From: an uncultured bacterium
Lineage (GTDB): Bacteria; Verrucomicrobiota; Verrucomicrobiia; Verrucomicrobiales; DEV007
Length of the DNA: 64,000 nt
Assembly: GCA_963977015.1 (NCBI GenBank)
Contig: CAXBMO010000009.1
Location: 160,001-224,000, forward strand
Direction of reading: 5' to 3'
Notes under the pieces: generated by a model
Databases searched by the model: none
What the model saw: only the letters and a program-made list of their open reading frames with translations
What the model was told of the DNA's origin: nothing
Program-made: the position numbers and the translations under genes
In this document: positions 39,809 to 47,500 of the stretch, one piece after another
Numbering within the stretch: the stretch's first letter is position 1
Layout of the letters: each line of letters begins with the position of its first letter

Positions 39809-41269
39809 CTAATTCACGCGAAAGCGCATTTTCACTTCTCCCAGCTCCAACGTGTCACCGTCGCGCAATGCCGACTGCTCCACTCGCTTTCCGTTCACGT
39901 AAATTCCGTTTCCTGAGTCCAGATCCGTTACGGACCAACTGCCATCTCGACTCTGATTGATCACGCAGTGGCTATTGGAAACACTGTCGTTGCGCAACAC
40001 CAAATCATTGTCATTCCCCCTCCCGATTCGCATGTTGGTGATCGTGATCTGTTCCTGGCTCCCATCAGCATCCAACATCTCCAACCATCCATACACGTGA
40101 TTCGAGAACTGGGGAGCGACCGGAATATCATCATAAATTTCTGTGGCTTCCCCGGAAATGACCGGATCAACGTCATTGCCTCCCGAAAGTTTGCGCAGCA
40201 GCAATGCCAAAATCACAATGGCAACGGCGACTGCGGCAATGATGATGTAGAGAACGGTATTATCGGTGGCCTCGCCTCCATTAGGATCGTCCCCCCCGGT
40301 GGCACCAACGGCCCCGGATGAGGATTTCACCTCAATTTCCCGCTTAATCTTGTCTCCTTTTTCGGTTTCGATCTCAATCGTCACTTTCGAATTCCCGCTC
40401 AGTGCCGACGCATCGAGAACCAGTCTGCCTCCACTTTCAGCAAAGGGATAAAATACCTCTTTGTCGAAATCCTCCGGCAACTTGTAAGTGCCGTATTCAG
40501 CCCGCTTATAAAGCCCTTTTGTTGGCTCAACCATTCGCCGTAACGACTGCAAAAACTGGGACTTGTCCTTCTCGTTCTGAGCATACCCAAGAGCACTGAT
40601 CACGACGCCCGCCTTTTTTGCCTGTTTCTCAACCTCGGCGACAAGGTCAACCAACTCTCCCTGGTCCTCGTATTCGCCGTCGGAAAAGATGATGAGATGC
40701 TTTCGATCCGCGTCGCTCTTGGCCAGTTTCGCAATCAATTCACGGGTAAGCTGGAAAATCTGGGTGGTCTTTCCCTTTGCCTTGTGTTTCTCGAGCTCGC
40801 GAATCGCGAACCCGGAATTTTGGCCGAGCTCCGCCACGGTGGTGAGCGTGTCGGCTTCAATGGTAAAGACTCCAAATTTATGAACCGGCGATGCTGGCGT
40901 CATCATGCGCTTGGCGTGAGTGATCTCCCAATCATTGCGCTTCTTAAAAATCGCCGCCTCCGGTGCACTCAGGTCAATCAACAAGGCGATATCGCTCGAG
41001 ACTCCCTCCACCTCGACAAAGGGCAGATAGGACTTCACAGCCACTTCTGCGTCTCCACTCAAGGCCTTGATCGAATCCTTCTTGACGGTAACAGCCTTGG
41101 AATCCATGAGGGTCGGGTTAATGGCCTCCGGATCCCACAACCGAAAGTCGATCGAAATGGTATTGGCCTCATCATCATGAGTTGGTCCCGATAGGACCAT
41201 GATTTCTCCGCCCAAAGAAAGCGCGGCAAATGTTAACAGCGAAAATAATCCTGTCGCGATCGATTTCAT
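39809..41269 (-). CDS. Signal peptide-vWA-TM-FHA protein
   Basis: LLIDLS, LIIFSDG, VVISALG (vWA with imperfect MIDAS). TM YIIIAAVAVAIVILALLL. FHA motifs IGR..VSNSH..SGNG. Confidence 0.85.
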   Translation of the reverse strand: MKSIATGLFSLLTFAALSLGGEIMVLSGPTHDDEANTISIDFRLWDPEAINPTLMDSKAVTVKKDSIKALSGDAEVAVKSYLPFVEVEGVSSDIALLIDLSAPEAAIFKKRNDWEITHAKRMMTPASPVHKFGVFTIEADTLTTVAELGQNSGFAIRELEKHKAKGKTTQIFQLTRELIAKLAKSDADRKHLIIFSDGEYEDQGELVDLVAEVEKQAKKAGVVISALGYAQNEKDKSQFLQSLRRMVEPTKGLYKRAEYGTYKLPEDFDKEVFYPFAESGGRLVLDASALSGNSKVTIEIETEKGDKIKREIEVKSSSGAVGATGGDDPNGGEATDNTVLYIIIAAVAVAIVILALLLRKLSGGNDVDPVISGEATEIYDDIPVAPQFSNHVYGWLEMLDADGSQEQITITNMRIGRGNDNDLVLRNDSVSNSHCVINQSRDGSWSVTDLDSGNGIYVNGKRVEQSALRDGDTLELGEVKMRFRVN

Positions 41270-41476
41270 AGCATGATTAAACTGGGCAGCCCTTCTGGTT
41301 GGGATTTCGAACGATCATAACCTTTTGTCAGGAAGGACCCCAACGTTAACACAGCTAAAATCGGCTTGTTGAAATCCAAACTCCGGTGAGCCGAACCTTG
41401 GTAAATGTTGGTAACGAATGGCTGTATTCCGGTCAAGTCCAATTCGATTTGTTTTTCCCGCATCTGAACCCGGCAT

Positions 41477-42463
41477 TTAGTTTCCTAAAGAACTAAGCCC
41501 AACAAATTGTCCTCCATTGCGATCAGCAAGCTTGAAAAGGAAGGATACGAACTCCGCATCCTCGGTATAATCCCCAACCGCCACCGTGTGGATTTCCTTC
41601 CTCCCAGCATTTTGACTGGTGATTTGGCTCAAAATTTCGTCGTGGGTCGCATCATTGGGATTTCCATCAGTGAACAGAATGACCGCCTCCGCCGAGCTGT
41701 TAAGCGCCTTTTTGAGCGCGGTCAGGGTTGGGGTTTGCCCCCGGAACTCCGAGGTCCACTTGCGGACCGTCGCCTTGGCTTCCGAAATCCCGCTGCTGTT
41801 CATCGTCCGCAAGGTTGGAAACGGTTCCGGCCAAACGTGAAAAATGGGTGTGGTCGCCTCGGTACTGTCCGTATGAAACCCCAGCATCGACATCTGATAA
41901 CCGGAATCCATGGGATCGACCATTTGCGCCACGGCCTGTTCGGTAATCGTTTTGTATTCTTTCATACTTCCCGACATATCCACCACAAAAATGAGCTTTT
42001 TGGCTTGGGTCACAATTCCGAGAAAAGCCAACCGGTGGGCCTCTTCCAACTCTCGTTCCAAGGATCTGGCGCGTTCTTCGGCATTGCGACGAGCGACTTC
42101 CAGGTCTTTTACCTGCCGATTCGCCTTTTTCTTGGCTTCTTCCAAACTCGCGACGGCACTGCGGGCCTCCGCCTGGGCTTGATTGGCCTTCTGCCGCATC
42201 GCCTCTGCCTCATCGGCGTTCACCCGAGCCATTTTTTCGGCTTCGATTCGTGCTTCAACGGCCTTTCTGGAAGCGCTTTCCGCTTGCGCCCGCAGTTGCT
42301 CCAAAAGAAAGACGTTTCGTTGAGCCTCCTCAAAATCCCGCGAGGTCTTCTGGTAATACTGCGTCAGAATGATCATCAGCAGCATGAACGCCCCCATCGC
42401 ACACGCAAAAAGGTCAACCATGGACAGACTGAACGTCTCAATCGTGCGGCTGCGTTTTCTCAT
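41477..42463 (-). CDS. ExbD/TolR-like N-terminal TM, coiled coil and vWA domain protein
   Basis: MRKRSR..FSLSMVDLFACAMGAFMLLMII (Asp at the start of the TM), A/E/K/R-rich coil, MIDAS DMSGS..T..TDG. Confidence 0.85.
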   Translation of the reverse strand: MRKRSRTIETFSLSMVDLFACAMGAFMLLMIILTQYYQKTSRDFEEAQRNVFLLEQLRAQAESASRKAVEARIEAEKMARVNADEAEAMRQKANQAQAEARSAVASLEEAKKKANRQVKDLEVARRNAEERARSLERELEEAHRLAFLGIVTQAKKLIFVVDMSGSMKEYKTITEQAVAQMVDPMDSGYQMSMLGFHTDSTEATTPIFHVWPEPFPTLRTMNSSGISEAKATVRKWTSEFRGQTPTLTALKKALNSSAEAVILFTDGNPNDATHDEILSQITSQNAGRKEIHTVAVGDYTEDAEFVSFLFKLADRNGGQFVGLSSLGN

Positions 42464-42821
42464 GTCCTGCCATTTTGCATAAGTTCGATCTGGGAAAAAC
42501 TGTTCTAATCGATCAGATCGTCAACCTCAAGTATCAATCTGACAAGGCCCCGCCAAAAGCCTTCGCCCAATACCGGAATCACACTTTTTTCGCATTCGGA
42601 GCAAACAGTTCCGACCGGAATTCGAAATGCATCCAGTCGAAGTGATCCCAAGGAAGGTAAAAGCGTAACTTCGCATTTCCCGACATCGAAAGTTCAACGG
42701 AAGCGGGCGGTAGGAGGCTCCAATTCGATTGCCTCGTAAGATTAGGCTTGCCGACGAAAGCGCTCACGGTTTAAAAACGATCGTAGGCTATATTGATAAT
42801 CAAACGGCAGGATTCCAAGTG

Positions 42822-44561
42822 ATGGACGCGATACAGGAGCGACGACCATTGAAACCGCGGTCTCGATTGGGTGACTACCGAATCGACCAAGTCCTTCAAC
42901 AGGGAGGTCTCGTCGTGTCCTATCTCGCTCACGATCTGCAGTTGAAGAAACCGGTGGTGGTCGAGGAATTGGTTCCGCAGGGCCTGGCTGGTCGCTCCTC
43001 GGGCGAGGCGGTGTTGCCATCGAATGGTGAATGCCCGGTTACGTTCGCCCAGGCGAAAGAGGCGTTTATCGCGGAAACGAAATTGGTCGCCGGAATCACT
43101 CATCCCAATGTGATTCACGTCCTGCGCTTGTTTGAGGCAAACAACACGGCCTATCGCGTTGTCGAGCACGTGCGGGGGCCGAATTTGGAGACGTTTCTGA
43201 GCCTTGCCGAAAAGCCCATTCCGGCTCACACGCTACGCAGACTCCTGAGCCAGATTCTGGCCGGACTCGAACGCATCCATCAACGCGGGTTTGCTCACCT
43301 CGGCATCTCACCGGTCACGATCATGGTGGCGGAGGATACGAAGCGGCCCGTCTTGGCGGAATTCGGGATCGCCCGCGCCAAGTTGCGAAACTCCGGTTGG
43401 ACGAACTCCGAAATCGCGGGCGACTGCCTTGCTCCCGAGCTTTCACCTTCCGTGCCCGATGAAGCGGGCCCGCACTCCGACATCTATGCTTTCGCCAAAA
43501 CGATCCATCGGGCCTTGATCGAAAGTTCTCCGGAACGCGATCAAATATCCGGAGCGGAGGGACTGAGTGGTGACTCGATCCTGATCAACCGCTATGGCCT
43601 TGCGTTTTTGAGGGAACTCGAGCGGGGATCCAGTCAAAATCCCGCAACTCGGCCACAGAGTGCTTCCGAATGGTCAGAGTTGCCTGAACTGCTTTCTCCT
43701 CATGAAGCAGATCCCAAACCGGCGCAAATCCTGACACGGAGAAAAAAGGGGGGAAGTTGGCGAATTGGAAACGGGTTTTGGAAGCTTCTTCACCAGGACG
43801 GTGAGTCCGCCCCCGTTGAATCCAAGGCGATTCAAAGCACTCCAGCAATTATCGAACCGCCTCCCGCCATTGATCCTGACCCCGTTGTCGCCCCCCCTGA
43901 AGTTTTGCCAGCCGAGCCGCCACCAGTTTCCAAGCCCCTGGTGGCGGATGTCCCAATTATTGAGCCCCCTTCCGCAGTAGACGAAGTTCTGGAAATACCG
44001 GTCCCCCTACCGGTTTCGGTCCCGGACCACCAAGTACCGGCCATACCAGAGGATCCCGTGGAAGCCATTCACGAAAACGAAATCCCTTCCCCTGCCGCGA
44101 ATTCCTCCCCCACTCCAGAATCTCCTCCAGAATCTCCTCCAGAATCTCCTCCAGAATCTCCTCCAGATTCCGTGCCATTGCCGCTCGTTGCCCCGCTACC
44201 TCCTCCGGCTCCCGTTGAGGAGATCCCGCAAAAACCTGCCCAACCAACCGTCACCTCGCTGGAGATCATCGCCGGTCCCGGGCAGGGCAATTCTCTTCCT
44301 CTCGGCACAGGCCTCAATCGGATCGGTTCCAGCGGCGAAAACGAGATTCCGCTTCAGTTCGGCGATGCACAGGTTGCCCAGATTGCCCACGCCTTCATCC
44401 TGCGCGACCCGAAGCGACAAGCCTTCTTCCTGCAACCCAACGTGTCCGGCGCAGCACTCCTTTATCTGGGGGAAGACGAGTCGCTCGTTTTGGCTCCTGT
44501 CGAATTGCGCGGCGGCGAGCTGATTCGCATTGGGAACACCAAGCTGAGGTTCATGGCCTAG
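42822..44561 (+). CDS. Pseudokinase K4, Pro-rich linker and degenerate FHA
   Basis: Kinase fold with QQGGLVVSY, VVVEEL, HLGISPVT and EFG. C-terminal FHA closely similar to 37833-38519. Start taken at ATG 42822. Confidence 0.85.
   Translation: MDAIQERRPLKPRSRLGDYRIDQVLQQGGLVVSYLAHDLQLKKPVVVEELVPQGLAGRSSGEAVLPSNGECPVTFAQAKEAFIAETKLVAGITHPNVIHVLRLFEANNTAYRVVEHVRGPNLETFLSLAEKPIPAHTLRRLLSQILAGLERIHQRGFAHLGISPVTIMVAEDTKRPVLAEFGIARAKLRNSGWTNSEIAGDCLAPELSPSVPDEAGPHSDIYAFAKTIHRALIESSPERDQISGAEGLSGDSILINRYGLAFLRELERGSSQNPATRPQSASEWSELPELLSPHEADPKPAQILTRRKKGGSWRIGNGFWKLLHQDGESAPVESKAIQSTPAIIEPPPAIDPDPVVAPPEVLPAEPPPVSKPLVADVPIIEPPSAVDEVLEIPVPLPVSVPDHQVPAIPEDPVEAIHENEIPSPAANSSPTPESPPESPPESPPESPPDSVPLPLVAPLPPPAPVEEIPQKPAQPTVTSLEIIAGPGQGNSLPLGTGLNRIGSSGENEIPLQFGDAQVAQIAHAFILRDPKRQAFFLQPNVSGAALLYLGEDESLVLAPVELRGGELIRIGNTKLRFMA
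44113..44167 (+). repeat. 12-bp tandem repeat CTCCAGAATCTC, four perfect copies plus a partial copy, encoding (PESP)n
   Basis: Read directly from the sequence. Confidence 0.95.
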
Positions 44562-44591
44562 CCCTGCTCTCAACCCCTCATCCATGCTTCG

Positions 44592-47500
44592 ATGATCAAG
44601 TTAAAAGTTTTTGTCAGTTCTCCCGGCGATGTGGCCCGCGAACGGGAAATCGCCCGGCGCGTCATGGCGAGGGTCGAGAATCGATTCGCCGGACAAGTTG
44701 AGATTGAACCCTATCTTTGGGAACACGAACCGCTCCAGTCTTCGGCGGATTTTCAGGGCAACATTCCCCCAACCTCCTCATTCGATCTCGTCATTTGCAT
44801 CCTTTGGACGAGGCTGGGAACTCGTCTCGGACCGCAATATCAAACGACGGAAGGGAGGCGCTTCAACTCCGGAACCGAGTTTGAGGTGTTGACCACCATT
44901 GAAGCTCAAGATCAACCGCCACAGGGGCTTCCCATTCTCAGCATCTTTTTGAACAAGACGGATTGGAAGGTGCCGACCCAAGATCTTAGTGCCGCGCAAA
45001 GTCAATTGGCTCAACTCCAAAAGCTCCGCGACTTTTTGGCTCAATTGTTTTTTGAGCAGGATGAAGAAGATGAGTCGGTGACCCTGAACAAACGCGCGTT
45101 CAATCAATACCATTCCCTCGATCAATTTGAGGATCTCTTGAACAAACAGATCGTTCAGCTGATCGAGAAGAAGCTCCGTGACCGACCCGAAGGCGGACTG
45201 GCCCCGCCCGAAAAGCGGAAGGCCAGTTGGAAGGGAAATCCCTATCGCGGCCTGGAGGTCTTCGAATTCAAACACGCCGCCATTCTTTATGGGAGAACCC
45301 GGGCAACCGAGTCCGTTCTCAATGCCCTGAAGTCCAGATGGGACGCTGGTTGCGGCTTCACCCTGATTTTGGGAGCCAGCGGAACCGGAAAAAGCAGCCT
45401 CGTTCGCGCCGGGGTGTTGCCTCTCCTCATTCAACCCGGCGTCGTCGAAAAGGTCGGGCTTTGGCGGCGTGCCTCGATCATGCCCGGCCGGTCTTCCGGC
45501 GATGCGATGGATGCCTTGTCAGCCGCCCTCCTCTCCCCCGAAGCCCTGCCCAACCTCGCCCCCATCGAAGATTCCGAGCGCGTTCACCAATTGGCCGCCG
45601 AACTGCGAACCATGCCGGAGTTTGTCGCCGATAGAATCCGAGACGAACTTCGTCAGGCCGGGCACACCTGGTTGGTGGAAGAAAAAGTGAAGCTGAACGA
45701 GAAAGCCAGCCAACTGAGCCGGGAAGGGCGGAGTCAGGACGCGGCGACACTGGAAGCGCAAATCCAGGGGATGGCCGCCCCGGAAACCCGGTTGGTCATT
45801 TTGGTCGATCAGTTTGAGGAACTCTTTACCTCGACCATTTCCGAAGAAGCCAGAATCGAGTTTGTGCGGGTCATCGACTGTTTCGCGAGAATGGGAGAGA
45901 CGGCGGTGATTGCAACGATGCGTTCGGATTTCTATGCGTCCTACCAGCGCTATCCCTTGCTGATCAACCTTGCCGGTGAAACGGGGAGAGTCGATCTCAC
46001 CCCGCCTCAACCCATTGAAATCGGGGAAATGATCCGAGGTCCCGCGGAAGCCGCCGGTTTACAGTTTGAGATCGATGCGGAAACCAATCAATCGCTCGAC
46101 GAAGCCTTGCGTGACGCCGCCATGGAAAGCCCCGAAGGTCTTCCCTTGTTGGAGCACGTTCTCAAGTTGCTGTTCCAGCTTCAAGCAGAACGTCAGGACG
46201 GCTGGCTTCGGTGGGAAGACTATCGAAAGCTGGGTGAGTTTTCGGGCGCTCTATCCCAACATGCTGATCAGGTTCTGGGCCAGTTGAAGAGCAGTTCCCT
46301 GGAAGTCCTGGACGATGTGCTCGAAAGCCTGATCACGGTTGGAGTCAGCGAAGAGAGCAAGCCGGTGCGACGAATTGCCAGATACGACCTGGTCGCAACC
46401 CATCCGGCCGTTTCCAATTTGATCGAAGCGTTCGTGGATGCCCGACTTTTTACAACCGGCAAGGATGAACAGGGCCGGGCGACGGTTTCCGTGGCTCACG
46501 AAGCCCTGCTTCGCGTCTGGCCACGAATCACCGAGTGGATTGAGGAGAACCGCGATTTCCTGCAAATGCGAGCCCGGCTCGAAACCGCTCGAAAAGCGTG
46601 GGAAGCCGCCAAAGAACACCCGGACTTTCTCCTGGATCACGGCCGCCCTCTCGCTGAGGCGGAAGAGCTTCAAAGCCGATATGGAAGCGCCTTGGCCGAG
46701 CGAGACCGCACCTTTATCCGCCTCTCCAGCGCCGCGGTCCACCGCGTGGAAAACCGGAATCGCCGCATTCGCCGAACCGTCCTCTCCGGAATTTCCACGC
46801 TCGCCCTGATCGCAATCGGCTTTGCCATCTTTGCCAATCGCATGCAGGCGAAGGCGGTCGAAGAACGGCAGGCCACCGAAGCGGCAAACCTGGCAATCTT
46901 GAAAGGCAACGCGAGATCTGCAAAACAATCGCACAAATTGGCGGAGGCCGCGCTTTGGGACGTCGCCTTGATTGAGGCGAAACAACGCCTGGGGCAACCC
47001 AACCGGCTGGATCAGCTTCGCCTGCTCGCCTTGGAACCGGAATTAGATTTCTTTCGCTGGCGCTTGCCGAGCAATGGCAGAGTCCGGCAAATCGTTCCAC
47101 GTTCTTCGGGCGAATCCGTCTTTCTCAATCTCGGTTCCCGGGATCTGCTTCACGCGACACGAAACGAAGATGGAGATTGGAACCTTGAAGCATTGAACGC
47201 GATCCGCGAGCCGGTCTTCACCATCGCCCCATCGCCCGGAGACGAAGGCATTCTGTTCGTCATCACCAGACAAAAACTCATCGCCATGAACGTGAATTCC
47301 ATGACGCAGCTTTGGGAGTTTGCGGCGGACGAAGGTGAGTTTTCGCCTGCCCTGTCGGTGACCGAAAACGTTTGGGTTTGGCTGGGCAATCAGCTTCTCG
47401 GGATTGATCCCTCCAAAGGAACCGTCAAGGTCTCCATGCAGACCGGCCTTTCCTCCGCGTCGACCATTGACGCCGCCGTGATCGACGCCGCGCAAGGGAA

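Noticed and set aside
41266-41463. 65-aa ORF between the two vWA genes
   Set aside because: It fills the gap on the same strand but has no recognisable features, so it cannot be supported without homology or expression data.
44113-44167. CRISPR-like repeat
   Set aside because: These are contiguous 12-bp coding repeats without spacers. No CRISPR array or cas gene was seen in the window.
42822-44561. Pseudogene call for the degenerate kinases K4 and K5
   Set aside because: Both reading frames are long and uninterrupted and retain the fold pattern, so they were treated as pseudoenzymes rather than pseudogenes.
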